From assembly GCA_963803145.1 (NCBI GenBank), contig CAWDLW010000008.1:288001-352000 (forward strand): a stretch of 64,000 nucleotides of DNA, in the 5' to 3' direction. The notes under the pieces were generated by a model, which had not been told where the DNA came from, made no database searches, and saw only the letters and a list, made by a program, of their open reading frames with translations. This DNA comes from Methanotrichaceae archaeon. GTDB lineage: Archaea; Halobacteriota; Methanosarcinia; Methanotrichales; Methanotrichaceae. The translations under genes were made by a program, and so were the position numbers. Shown here piece by piece: positions 1-9,267 of this stretch; position 1 is the first letter of the stretch, and each line of letters opens with the position of its first letter.

Positions 1-974
1 AGGTTTTCCCATGGTTCCATCTCCGAACTGGAATTGGCCCTCCCAAAATCCCAGATCGGATGGTGATGTATGGTAAACACCCCTTTATTGTTCTCCTTCA
101 AGAGCTGCTCAAGCCAGGGTGCCTGCTCCCTTGAGAGGCTGAGTGATGTATGGGGATCATCACAGCAAGTGGAATTCGGATCCGGTGAGTTCAAGACGAT
201 AAACCGGACACCGGCGCAATCAAAGGAATAGTTCAAAGGCATGTCAAACGCCGACCTGTAATTGACCGCATCGGTGGCTGGGGCGCATTTATTGCACGGC
301 ATACAATGTTCAGGGCAAACTGTATAATTTTCCTCATCAAGATTTTTATTCTTAGGTTCGTGATATTCGTGGTTCCCTATGGCTGGGAAAATTGCGGATT
401 TCGCGAGCATCCTGTCGGCACACTTGAAAAATGTGGCCCACGCAGGTTCATAATCATGACGGCAAAAATCCCCGTCATGCAAAACAAAGAGCACATTTGG
501 TTCATTTGCGATGGCATCTGCTACGTACTTGAACCGTTTCGTCTCAGCATAATCAACACCTTCCCGAGTATCGCCGACTACAATAAAGGTAAATTGACCG
601 CTAGTCGGCATTGTCCGGAACGTGCGATAACCAAACGCAGATGCGTCGCCTGAAGGTCTCACCAAGTAGGTATACGATGTATTTGGTTCAAGGCCGATAA
701 GCTGAACGTGTTGATATTGGGCGGCTGTATGAGTTTCTGTCTCTTTTTCAAAAGTATGATGCTGGTTGAAATAATTCGTCGTAGCGTAGAAGATTTCGCC
801 TGATTCTTTGGTTTCACTCCGCCAGTTGATGGTCGCTGAATCTGTCGTGGTTTTTGTTACCCATGGAGCCCAATAGTCGTTCGAAGCTTCTGTTTTTGCG
901 CTGTTGCCGGAACAAATCCAGATAGCGCAGAGAAGCAGCAGGACTAGCAAAATCCTGCAGAGCTTTTTTGTCAT
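1..974 (-). CDS. Secreted metallophosphoesterase (purple acid phosphatase-like, FN3-like N-domain), 3' end outside window
   Basis: Not in ORF track. Manual translation from ATG at 974: MTKKLCRILLVLLLLC...DYWAPWVTKTTTDSATINW...FPAIGNHEYH...VFTIHHHPIWD. Clear paralog of 53529..54764. Confidence 0.85.
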   Translation of the reverse strand, partial: MTKKLCRILLVLLLLCAIWICSGNSAKTEASNDYWAPWVTKTTTDSATINWRSETKESGEIFYATTNYFNQHHTFEKETETHTAAQYQHVQLIGLEPNTSYTYLVRPSGDASAFGYRTFRTMPTSGQFTFIVVGDTREGVDYAETKRFKYVADAIANEPNVLFVLHDGDFCRHDYEPAWATFFKCADRMLAKSAIFPAIGNHEYHEPKNKNLDEENYTVCPEHCMPCNKCAPATDAVNYRSAFDMPLNYSFDCAGVRFIVLNSPDPNSTCCDDPHTSLSLSREQAPWLEQLLKENNKGVFTIHHHPIWDFGRANSSSEMEPWEN

Positions 975-1063
975 TATTTCCCTCAAATGTAAAGAATAGG
1001 TTTTGAATTTAAAAATGTCGGTCAATATATGAGGTTTTTCTCGACAAGTAATCTAAAGTATAT

Positions 1064-1464
1064 GCGGGCTTTGCCTTCGTGGGCAGTCAGTATCATCTGG
1101 AAGTAGGAGGCGAGGATTTCTACATCGATCTGCTCTTCTACCACCTGCGTCTGCGCTGCTACGTAGTCATAGAGCTGAAGATCTGCGAGTTCCAGCCGGA
1201 GTTTGCGGGAAAGATGAATTTCTATCTCTCTGCTGTAGACGACCTGCTCAGGCATGAAGAAGATAGGCCATCTATTGGGCTAATCCTCTACAAAACAAGA
1301 AATAAAATCATCGTGGAGTACGCCCTGAGAGATACGCTGAAGCCTATGGTCGTGGCCGCTTACAGATCACGGCATCATTGCCAGAGCACTTCAAGGGTAA
1401 TCTGCCGACGGTGGAGGAGCTGGAGAGGGAGATGAGAGAAGCAAATGGAAAAGACGATGAATGA
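1064..1464 (+). pseudogene. C-terminal fragment of DUF1016/YhcG PD-(D/E)XK nuclease
   Basis: GFAFVGSQYHLEVGGEDFYIDLLFYHLRLRCYVVIELK...GKMNFYL motif. N-terminal half absent. Frameshift near 1365 continues TASLPEHFKGNLPTVEELE to TGA at 1462-1464. Confidence 0.8.
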
Positions 1465-1725
1465 TCTCGCCTCCTTTAACCTTATAGCATACGTTTTCCA
1501 AAACCTTCCCCCAGCGAGGGGTTAGGGGCAGCCCGCGCGGCGACTGAGCGCGCTATCGTTGTCGTTAGTATTAGCCCCAGAAGAAAGTATCGTCTCTTAA
1601 TTAGTAGCAATCTTCAACTACAAAAATGAAGTGATTCTGGAATGTGCTTTCCTTTTATGCCTGCGTATTTTTGTTTTAAACAGAATGTGAAGGGCTTTAT
1701 CCGAGCACCAACAATAATTTCCGTG

Positions 1726-1980
1726 ATGTTCGCAGAGTACATCAAAGCCGCAATGGACAAAGCAGTCTATGAGATTATAGACGATCCCGAGCCCTTTTAT
1801 GGCGAGATCCCGGAGCTTCAGGGCGTATGGGTCACAGGCAAGACCCTTGAGGCATGCCGAGATGACCTGATGAGTGCTCTCGAAGATTGGATCGCATTCA
1901 GGCTCAGGACAGGCAGACCCATTCCATCGATTGGTGGGGCTTCGATTACGGTCTCCACGGAGCCGGTTTCTATTGTCTAA
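1726..1980 (+). CDS. hicB: HicB family antitoxin
   Basis: MFAEYIKAAM...FYGEIPELQGVWVTGKTLEACRDDLMSALEDWI is the HicB RNase H-like fold signature. ATG at 1726. Confidence 0.85.
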   Translation: MFAEYIKAAMDKAVYEIIDDPEPFYGEIPELQGVWVTGKTLEACRDDLMSALEDWIAFRLRTGRPIPSIGGASITVSTEPVSIV

Positions 1981-2078
1981 GCTCACCCCAGTCTCTCGGC
2001 GAGAGATGATCCAGGCGATTAAGGAAGTTGGGGTTTGAGGGGCCATATCCGGGATCACATCACCAGGTCATGGCTTGA
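1973..2078 (+). pseudogene. HicA toxin remnant (frameshifted, truncated)
   Basis: TTG at 1973 gives MSKLTPVSRREMI, then a frameshift to RRLRKLGFEGPYPGSHHQVMA*, a typical HicA N-terminus. Overlaps the hicB stop. Confidence 0.7.
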
Positions 2079-2189
2079 GGCAGCTTAGGTGCGTAGTGGC
2101 AAACAAGCATTTTATGAAGAAGAGCTTATATAGGCATGGATTATTTATATATCCAAATTATATGCGAGGCTGTAACTCCTAATAATAAT

Positions 2190-2333
2190 CTATTTCCCCT
2201 TCTTTATCCAATCCTTAATCGCTTCTTCCATAGCTATCTTAATATTCCCCTTTTTCATTCCCAACCGCTTGGCAACCTCATCTCTAAACTGCTTATCTAA
2301 CTCATCGTCTATTGACACATTGATGTAGGCCAT
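2190..2333 (-). CDS. Small ribbon-helix-helix (CopG-like) DNA-binding protein, 47 aa
   Basis: Not in ORF track. MAYINVSIDDELDKQFRDEVAKRLGMKKGNIKIAMEEAIKDWIKKGK shows a beta-helix-helix pattern. Confidence 0.7.
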   Translation of the reverse strand: MAYINVSIDDELDKQFRDEVAKRLGMKKGNIKIAMEEAIKDWIKKGK

Positions 2334-2389
2334 AATCAATAATACGTAGTTTTCGATATATCAACTTAATTACTTATCCACTAACTATT

Positions 2390-2407
2390 TATGTAGTTAA
2401 CTACATA
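2390..2407. promoter_or_regulatory. Perfect 18-bp palindrome, candidate operator
   Basis: TATGTAGTTAACTACATA lies between the divergent RHH gene and the gene at 2417. Confidence 0.55.
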
Positions 2408-2416
2408 TGTTGGATT

Positions 2417-2932
2417 ATGCCATGGGATGGATCTAATATATCAGACTTGACCGCATCGCTAAACGAGCTTCCGCCCCTCGCCTCCAAGATCGCCGATCTG
2501 AAAAAGGAAACCCTGGCGAGAGAGGCTGCTGTCCTAAAAGCGATCCTGGAGAAGGCCACGCCTCTGGTGCCTCTGCTGAGTGAAGACTATGATCAATATT
2601 ACCGCCGTGAGATTGTTATTCTGACCAGCGAGGAGAGAGTACAGCTTGAGAATTTTAGCATATTCAGCGAGCACACGCTGATTCTCTATGAGAACGGCCT
2701 GCTGGTAAGGGCACATCGCTATGGCCAATCAATGGAAGGTCTGCACTTAGGATGGGAGAATACCGATGAGGATGTGCTTACACCCGAGGCTGCAATAACT
2801 GCATTCGGTTTCACGGCAATTTCAAAGGGCTTGATAAAGGCGCTTGGTGAGGCATCATCGATGGTTGTCCTTAAAGAGAATCTTGAAGGCAGGCTAGCGG
2901 CTTTAACTCAGGCATTGGAGGCTCTACGATAA
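2417..2932 (+). CDS. Hypothetical protein, copy 1 of a locally duplicated gene
   Basis: 171 aa ORF, largely identical to 3968..4471. Confidence 0.75.
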   Translation: MPWDGSNISDLTASLNELPPLASKIADLKKETLAREAAVLKAILEKATPLVPLLSEDYDQYYRREIVILTSEERVQLENFSIFSEHTLILYENGLLVRAHRYGQSMEGLHLGWENTDEDVLTPEAAITAFGFTAISKGLIKALGEASSMVVLKENLEGRLAALTQALEALR

Positions 2933-2959
2933 GGCAGCGGCGAATGCAGGCGAATAGGA

Positions 2960-3060
2960 TGCGAAGGGCTTTATCTTACCCACAAATAATAATTTCCCTG
3001 ATGTTCGCAAAGCACATCAAAGCGCGATGGATACAGCAAAGATCGATTACTGAGATAAGT
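2960..3060 (+). pseudogene. Degenerate hicB 5' end with upstream region
   Basis: gaagggctttatc...ataatttccctgatgttcgcaaagcacatcaaagc matches 1689-1750 upstream of and within the hicB at 1726. Confidence 0.6.
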
Positions 3061-3115
3061 GGTGGCACTTTGGACTATTTTGGTAGGAGACTCTTGAACA
3101 ATCGTAAGGGCAGCC

Positions 3116-3475
3116 TCATTTGCTCATCGAGGAGAGCCGAGATCTTACAAATTCCATGAACTGGCGTACGCCTAAAATGGGATCATTGTCGATGCGGCTC
3201 TCTTCGACGACATCTTGAGAGCCGTTATGGAAGTGTTTCGGGAAAGTTGGTACCCTTTGCCAATTGATATCTGGAAAATTATCATGGCGGTACATGGTAC
3301 CGTCGATATGCCTTCGCTCCCAGTGATACGAGAATCGTCCAGGTATCTTGAGTGAGAACCATATGTCAATAATGGAACCGTCTTTTACAAACGCTCTGAG
3401 CTTGCCGCGGTGAATGATCGAATCTGTAGAAATATCAGCATATTCAGTATCGATGATTTTCTTCAATACCTCCAA
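3116..3475 (-). CDS. DUF6516 (TumE-like) putative toxin
   Basis: FSYHWERRHIDGTMYRHDNFPD...TFPKHFH matches the R-x-D-N...P-x-H-x-H pattern of DUF6516. Confidence 0.65.
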   Translation of the reverse strand: MEVLKKIIDTEYADISTDSIIHRGKLRAFVKDGSIIDIWFSLKIPGRFSYHWERRHIDGTMYRHDNFPDINWQRVPTFPKHFHNGSQDVVEESRIDNDPILGVRQFMEFVRSRLSSMSK

Positions 3476-3480
3476 ATCGA

Positions 3481-3765
3481 TTATTGGTGCTGAAGCTTCG
3501 TCATCGCAGCTAATAGCTCATCTCTCCTGGCTTCAAGGTAATCGAGTTCCTGGAAATCATCCAGGATATCTTCTTCCCTCATCTCGCCTTTCTTCAGCTT
3601 ATCGTCAAGCTCAAAGATGGACTTTATACCGTGCCTTGTGCCTATCTCGTATATCTCGGCCTCGACGCATCTCAGCTCCCTGTCCAGGAATGCCTTGAGG
3701 CTTTCTCTGGTCAGAGCGTCACGATCCATTTTCAGAGCACTTGCGACCTCATCGATAACTTCCAT
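3481..3765 (-). CDS. Putative antitoxin partner of the DUF6516 protein
   Basis: 94 aa acidic helical protein 5 bp upstream of the DUF6516 gene on the same strand. Confidence 0.55.
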   Translation of the reverse strand: MEVIDEVASALKMDRDALTRESLKAFLDRELRCVEAEIYEIGTRHGIKSIFELDDKLKKGEMREEDILDDFQELDYLEARRDELLAAMTKLQHQ

Positions 3766-3967
3766 GATTCACCATCTTTACATCATACTGCAATGATATT
3801 TTAAACCTCTCATCACACTTTTAGTTCGATGACAGTATCCTGAGAGCGTTATCGGGCTATGAAGATAGTAGTCTATTCAGATAGCAGGACTAGAGGCGGT
3901 CTAACTGCCCCCTACAAACCATTCCGAAAACGCCGTTCTGACAGCAACCGATTCAGCAACCACATGC

Positions 3968-4471
3968 ATGCTATCAGAGCTGAGCACAGCACTTAACGAG
4001 CTTCAGCCCCTCGCCCTCGCCTCAAAGATCGCCGATCTGAAAAAGGAAACCCTGGCGAGAGAGGCTGCTGTCCTGAAAGCGATCCTGGAGAAGGCCACGC
4101 CTCTGGTGCCTCTGCTGAGTGAAGACTATGAGCAGTATTACCGCCGTGAGATTGTTATTCTGACCATCGAGGAGAGAGTACAGCTTGAGGAGGGTTTAGG
4201 CTTTTTCAGCGAGTACAGGCTGATTCTCTATGAGAACGGCATGCTGGTGAGGATACATCGTTATGGCCAATCAATAGAAGCTTTGCACTTAGGATGGGAA
4301 AACACCGACGAGGATGTGCTTACACCCGAGGCGGCTATAACCGCATTCGGTTTCACGGCAATTTCAAAGGGCTTGATAAAGGTTCTTGGTGAGGCATCAT
4401 CGATGGTTATCCTCAAAGAGAATCTTGAAGGCAGGCTTGCGGCTTTGACTAGGGCACTGGAGGCTCTATAG
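3968..4471 (+). CDS. Hypothetical protein, copy 2 of a locally duplicated gene
   Basis: 167 aa ORF, largely identical to 2417..2932 but with a different N-terminus. Confidence 0.75.
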   Translation: MLSELSTALNELQPLALASKIADLKKETLAREAAVLKAILEKATPLVPLLSEDYEQYYRREIVILTIEERVQLEEGLGFFSEYRLILYENGMLVRIHRYGQSIEALHLGWENTDEDVLTPEAAITAFGFTAISKGLIKVLGEASSMVILKENLEGRLAALTRALEAL

Positions 4472-4525
4472 TGAGGCAAAAATGGCCCCGCAGCATTAAA
4501 TTCCTCGGAGACAAATAGGATCTTG

Positions 4526-4768
4526 ATGTTTTGCGAATACATCCATGCGGCCCTTTCCAAGGCGACTTATGAGATCATTGAGGACGAAGAGCCTTTTTAC
4601 GGAGAGGTTCCGGAACTTAGAGGCGTGTGGGCTATCGGTAAGGCCTTGGAAGAGTGCCGTGAAAACTTGAAAGGCGTAATTGAAGGTTGGATAGCCTTAA
4701 AGTTGGGGTTGGCTATACCTCCCATCAATGGATATACGATAGCCCTTAAATTTACTTCAATATCTTGA
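4526..4768 (+). CDS. hicB: HicB family antitoxin (orphan, C-terminus overlaps aroA' end)
   Basis: [10 protein letters not shown]...[33 protein letters not shown]. No hicA follows. Confidence 0.75.
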   Translation: MFCEYIHAALSKATYEIIEDEEPFYGEVPELRGVWAIGKALEECRENLKGVIEGWIALKLGLAIPPINGYTIALKFTSIS

Positions 4769-5576
4769 CGGCCTCTTCCGCAGTCTTATCGTGATGAACT
4801 ATTGCAGATATGGCCTGGGTCATTTTCACAGGATCTTCAGCTTGGAAGACGTTCCTGCCGATTGCAACGCCTCTTCCTCCTGCTTCAAGCGCACCCTCAA
4901 TCATTTGAAGGAACTCCATATCAGTCTCGGTCTTCGGCCCGCCTGCGATCACGACAGGTACAGGACAGCCTTCAACGACATGCCTGAATGTGTCAGGATC
5001 TCCTGTATAATTTGTCTTGATTATATCGGCGCCGAGCTCAGCTCCGGCACGAGCTGCATGCGCTACTACCTCAACGTCATTAGGATTGGAGATTGCCTTT
5101 CCTCGCGGGTACATCATCGCAACAAGCGGCATTCCCCAGAAGTCGCAGCGCTCTGAGACACATCCGAGAATCTTGAGCTGGTCAGCCTCCGTTTCAGAGC
5201 CGATGTTAATGTGGACGCTCATTGCATCTGCGCCCATCTTCAGGCCCTCCTCAACTTCACAAACCTGGACTTTGTTGTTTGGATCCGGGCCGAGGCTTGT
5301 GCTCGCAGACATGTGAACGATCAGGCCCACGTCTCTACCGTAGCCTCTATGTCCATGCCTGACCATACCCTTCTGCTGCAGGACGGCATTGGCACCTCCC
5401 TTGGCAACCTTATTTACCATCTCCTGCAGGTTTACAAGGCCCTTGATGGGACCTACTGAGATCCCGTGATCCAGGGGAATTATAACAGTGTTACCGCTAT
5501 CTCTATCTATTATTCGCTCTATTCTAACTCTCTTTCCTATTTCGCTCAAATCGTACCATCCCGCAAATGCTAACAT
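4752..5576 (-). CDS. aroA': 2-amino-3,7-dideoxy-D-threo-hept-6-ulosonate synthase (class I aldolase family)
   Basis: [10 protein letters not shown]...IIPLDHG...AMMYPRG...[11 protein letters not shown]...VIAGGPK...IGRNVFQ. True start may be the TTG near 5549. Confidence 0.85.
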   Translation of the reverse strand: MLAFAGWYDLSEIGKRVRIERIIDRDSGNTVIIPLDHGISVGPIKGLVNLQEMVNKVAKGGANAVLQQKGMVRHGHRGYGRDVGLIVHMSASTSLGPDPNNKVQVCEVEEGLKMGADAMSVHINIGSETEADQLKILGCVSERCDFWGMPLVAMMYPRGKAISNPNDVEVVAHAARAGAELGADIIKTNYTGDPDTFRHVVEGCPVPVVIAGGPKTETDMEFLQMIEGALEAGGRGVAIGRNVFQAEDPVKMTQAISAIVHHDKTAEEAVKILK

Positions 5577-5728
5577 GTATCATGTTAGCACATGGCGTAT
5601 TTAAGGCTGACGCTGATATGATAGAATTCTAATGATAATAATCTTGTTCGTAAGATACATACGAGCTATTGTTCCTGAAGGGAGAAAACACATATGTTAT
5701 AAACTGCAGAGTAAATTCTGGTGTATAT

Positions 5729-5932
5729 ATGGTCGAGATTGGAAGAATAAGAAAGAACGATACTACAGAGATTGTTGTTGAGAAGAGCGAGTATAAGGGC
5801 AAGATAGGTATCAACATCCGTGAATACATCACATCCGATAGATACACTGGTTGGTCTAAGAGCGGCTTAAGGATTCCCTTTGAGCAGTGGAAGGCCCTAA
5901 AGGAACTCTTGGATAAGGTGGAAAGTGCCTGA
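5729..5932 (+). CDS. PC4/YdbC-like ssDNA-binding protein
   Basis: SEYKGKIGINIREY...WSKSGLRIPFEQWKAL matches the PC4 fold motif. Confidence 0.75.
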   Translation: MVEIGRIRKNDTTEIVVEKSEYKGKIGINIREYITSDRYTGWSKSGLRIPFEQWKALKELLDKVESA

Positions 5933-6734
5933 TAGGGATCGCGAGAGGTTCGAGCAGGATTATAAAGATTGGCTCCTGCTGATGGCCAGAGATGCAACCC
6001 ACAGGCTGGCAGCTATGCCGCCTTCTAGACGCATGGCATTGGTAGATGGCTATAACCGATTGAAAAATCCCCATTTTGTCTTTCGCCATCCTTTGGATAT
6101 GAGACGGATTGAGCGCCTCGCGGGCGTTAGGATAGCGAGCTTCATTGTAGTAGAGACAGATGCCATTACCTTCTTTCCCTCGATCTATTCATCCGGTGCT
6201 CTGGATTTCGCAGTCGCTATGAATAGGCGATTCTTCTATACGGGACTATGGTTCCCGATAATTGCTTTGAACTCCGAATATATACGTCGGAGCAGCGACA
6301 AGGTGCTTGCCTTTACACTTGATCATGAGTTCGAGATGAGTCGGATTTACATGGAGATCTCAATGAGTTTAAGATCTCTATCGCCTGATGAAAAGCGTGG
6401 CGTCGTGGATTCGGCCCAAAACATTTCAACCGAGCGGCTAAAGATCACGGAAGTGGAGCTCTTTGAAGATGAGAGGCTCATGCAAGACCTTTCCGGAAGC
6501 GAGCCTCTTATTCCAAAACCCTATGCGGAAAGCGCAATGCTGGCATATCTTGAGGATAACTACGACAGTCTAAAGCACTTGGGCCAAAAAAGCCGTAATC
6601 CTGAGGAAGATTCGTTTGGCGCTGGCCTTTTAGAAGAATTTCGAGGTTGGTCAGAGTTCTCTCGAAAGACTTATGAGCTCTTTGTGAGCGAAGTATTATC
6701 GAATCTGAGGGACGCGAACAAAGGATATGTATGA
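5925..6734 (+). CDS. Hypothetical protein
   Basis: 269 aa ORF overlapping the PC4 gene stop. No confidently recognised family. Confidence 0.7.
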   Translation: MPDRDRERFEQDYKDWLLLMARDATHRLAAMPPSRRMALVDGYNRLKNPHFVFRHPLDMRRIERLAGVRIASFIVVETDAITFFPSIYSSGALDFAVAMNRRFFYTGLWFPIIALNSEYIRRSSDKVLAFTLDHEFEMSRIYMEISMSLRSLSPDEKRGVVDSAQNISTERLKITEVELFEDERLMQDLSGSEPLIPKPYAESAMLAYLEDNYDSLKHLGQKSRNPEEDSFGAGLLEEFRGWSEFSRKTYELFVSEVLSNLRDANKGYV

Positions 6735-6744
6735 ATGGAGCCAT

Positions 6745-6758
6745 GAAGTATTTATATA
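6745..6758 (+). promoter_or_regulatory. Archaeal BRE/TATA promoter of the aIF2-gamma operon
   Basis: GAAGTATTTATATA about 50 bp upstream of the start. Confidence 0.45.
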
Positions 6759-6807
6759 GTGATGTCCATCAATTCTAAGTTATCGCAATTATCCAGGAGA
6801 TTCTAAT

Positions 6808-8115
6808 TTGGTGAAAGCAGAAGTTAAATCTGAAATCGAATCTGAACCCAAGCCCGAAGCAAAAAAATCGGAAGCTAAAAAGGTAGCCTCAAAACCGGAG
6901 GTCAATATTGGCATGGTGGGTCACGTCGATCACGGCAAGACCACCCTTGTCAGGGCCCTTTCGGGAATATGGACGGACCAGCACAGCGAGGAGATCAAGA
7001 GGGGCATCTCAATTCGTTTAGGATATGCAGATGCCACTTTCAGGAAATGCCCGAACTGCCCTGAGCCTGATGCCTATACCGTCGAGCTGACTTGTCCCAG
7101 CTGCGGCGCTGAGTCTGTAGTTTTACGTACAGTATCCTTCGTTGATTCGCCAGGCCACGAAACGCTTATGGCTACTATGCTCTGTGGAGCCGCAATAATG
7201 GACGGCGCTGTTCTGGTTATATCTGCAAACGAGCCCTGCCCTCAGCCTCAGACAAAGGAGCACCTGATGGCTCTAAACATCACAGGCATCAACAGGATAG
7301 TAATAGTTCAGAACAAGATTGATCTCATCCCGAAGGAGCAACTGGTAGAGCATTATCGTCAGATAAAGGAGTTTATAAAGGGCACAGTTGCAGAAAATGC
7401 ACCAATTATCCCGATCTCAGCCCAACAGAACATCAATATCGATTTACTTATTGAGGCCATTGAGAAGACAATACCCACCCCGCCTAGAGACGTAAGCAAA
7501 CCTGCACTCCTGAAGATAGCAAGATCATTCGATGTGAACCGGCCTGGGGCCACACCCGAGAACCTTAAGGGCGGTGTCATAGGAGGCTCACTAAGTCAGG
7601 GTACCATGAAACCGGGCGATAAGCTCGAGATCTGTCCGGGAAGATTGGTTGATGCCGAAGGCAAGAAACAGTGGCACTCCATTGAGACCAAGGTCGTAAC
7701 TTTGCTCGCGGGAAGCCAAGTTCAGGATAAGTTAACTCCTGGTGGCCTTGTGGGTGTCGGGACTCAGCTTGATCCTATAATGACGAAGAGCGATGCCCTT
7801 GTAGGCCAGGTTGCTGGCGAGCCTGGCAAGCTGCCGCCTGTAAGGAACTCATTCATAATGAACATGCAGCTGCTTGAGCGTGTTGTAGGTGTCATGGATG
7901 AGTCAATGGTTGAGCCTATTCATTCAAGTGAACCTCTGATGCTGAATATAGGGACTGCGACAACTGTCGGGGTCGTATCAAGCGCGCGCGAAGGTGGGAT
8001 AGTTCAGGTACAGCTCAAGAGGCCGGTATGCGCTGGTGTTGGCGATAGAGTTGCAGTCAGCAGGCGTATCGGTGCGAGATGGCGGCTTATAGGCGTAGGC
8101 ACAATTGCTGAGTAA
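6808..8115 (+). CDS. eif2g: Translation initiation factor 2 subunit gamma
   Basis: [17 protein letters not shown], zinc ribbon CPNC/CPSC, DSPGHE, NKID, RWRLIG. Confidence 0.97.
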   Translation: MVKAEVKSEIESEPKPEAKKSEAKKVASKPEVNIGMVGHVDHGKTTLVRALSGIWTDQHSEEIKRGISIRLGYADATFRKCPNCPEPDAYTVELTCPSCGAESVVLRTVSFVDSPGHETLMATMLCGAAIMDGAVLVISANEPCPQPQTKEHLMALNITGINRIVIVQNKIDLIPKEQLVEHYRQIKEFIKGTVAENAPIIPISAQQNINIDLLIEAIEKTIPTPPRDVSKPALLKIARSFDVNRPGATPENLKGGVIGGSLSQGTMKPGDKLEICPGRLVDAEGKKQWHSIETKVVTLLAGSQVQDKLTPGGLVGVGTQLDPIMTKSDALVGQVAGEPGKLPPVRNSFIMNMQLLERVVGVMDESMVEPIHSSEPLMLNIGTATTVGVVSSAREGGIVQVQLKRPVCAGVGDRVAVSRRIGARWRLIGVGTIAE

Positions 8116-8509
8116 GTCCATGAAGGTGATTCTAGATACGAATGCCCTGATGGTCCCTGAGCAGTTCGGGGTGGATATATTCTCGGAGCTTCATCGCTTA
8201 GGGTATGTGGAATGCATTGTCCCTACTCAAGTTCTGGATGAGCTCGAGACTCTGAAAATCAAAGGTAACAAGGGGCTCGATAAAATAGCAGCTCGTGTAG
8301 GCCTAGGTCTCGCAGAACGGTGCAAGATCATCGATGATGTTTCCGGAAATGCAGATCAGGCGGTGGAGCAGCTCGCAGTTCGCGAACATATTGCAGTCTT
8401 TACAAACGATAAGGCACTGAAGAAAAGGTTATTTACTAAAGACGTGACCGTTGTATACCTACGCCAGGGTCGATATCTAGAGGTAACGTTGAGGAGTTCT
8501 GATGTATAA
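8105..8509 (+). CDS. PIN-domain protein (Fcf1/Utp24-like)
   Basis: VILDTNALM...ADQA...[10 protein letters not shown]. Conserved position between eif2g and rpoE1. Confidence 0.85.
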   Translation: MLSKSMKVILDTNALMVPEQFGVDIFSELHRLGYVECIVPTQVLDELETLKIKGNKGLDKIAARVGLGLAERCKIIDDVSGNADQAVEQLAVREHIAVFTNDKALKKRLFTKDVTVVYLRQGRYLEVTLRSSDV

Positions 8510-9083
8510 ACGGATGAAGCTTGAGGGAATAGCCAAGATAGAACCAACTCAGCTGGGGGACCCCATAGAGGCGGCTGTGAATCGAGCACTACGCGATAAA
8601 TACGAGGCCGTTGTAGATAAAGTGTTGGGGACAATCGTGGCGGTTCTCGGTGCGGATGATATAGGTGATGGGCATATTCTACCAGGAGATGGGGCCATCT
8701 ATTACAACGTAACCTTCGATGCTCTGGTATTCAAGCCCGAGATGCAGGAGATAATCGAGGGCGAAGTCGTGGAGATCGTGAAGTTCGGGGCATTTCTGAG
8801 CATGGGGCCGTTCGACGGTCTCCTTCACGTGAGCCAGATCACCAATGAGTATATATCATACGATGAAAAGAATTCGCGGCTTGTCAGCAAAGAATCAAAC
8901 AAATCCCTAGGCGAGAGCGATAAGGTCCGAGCTAGGGTGATCGCTGTTAGTCTCAACGAGAAGGAACCGCGGGAGAGCAAGATAGGTCTCACTATGAGGC
9001 AGACGGGGCTTGGCAAGCTGGAGTGGCTTGAACCAACTACTGAAGCGGCGCCTGGCAAGAGCGCAGAGGCAGAGGCTAAATGA
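8502..9083 (+). CDS. rpoE1: DNA-directed RNA polymerase subunit E' (Rpo7)
   Basis: GHILPGDGAIYY, S1 domain FGAF...DGLLHVSQI, KIGLTMRQTGLGKLEW. Confidence 0.95.
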   Translation: MYKRMKLEGIAKIEPTQLGDPIEAAVNRALRDKYEAVVDKVLGTIVAVLGADDIGDGHILPGDGAIYYNVTFDALVFKPEMQEIIEGEVVEIVKFGAFLSMGPFDGLLHVSQITNEYISYDEKNSRLVSKESNKSLGESDKVRARVIAVSLNEKEPRESKIGLTMRQTGLGKLEWLEPTTEAAPGKSAEAEAK

Positions 9084-9265
9084 CAGAGCAGGCTTGTAGA
9101 GAATGTCACAGGATAGTCGAGGGGCTTATATGCCCTATATGTGGTTCATCATCGCTTAGCAAGGACTGGGGCGGATACGTCCTGATTCTTGATCCGAATG
9201 GATCGACTATAGCGAAGAAGCTTGGAATAACGCTCCCGGGCAGGTACGTTCTGAAGGTGCGCTAG
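9080..9265 (+). CDS. spt4: Transcription elongation factor Spt4 (RpoE'')
   Basis: ACRECHRI...CPICGS...PGRYVLKVR. Confidence 0.93.
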   Translation: MTEQACRECHRIVEGLICPICGSSSLSKDWGGYVLILDPNGSTIAKKLGITLPGRYVLKVR

Positions 9266-9267
9266 AA

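Noticed and set aside
306-653. 115-aa plus-strand ORF
   Set aside because: Antisense shadow of the minus-strand phosphoesterase gene.
1064-4768. Integron cassette array or CRISPR array as explanation of the TA cluster
   Set aside because: No repeated attC-like sites, integrase, or regularly spaced repeats could be found.
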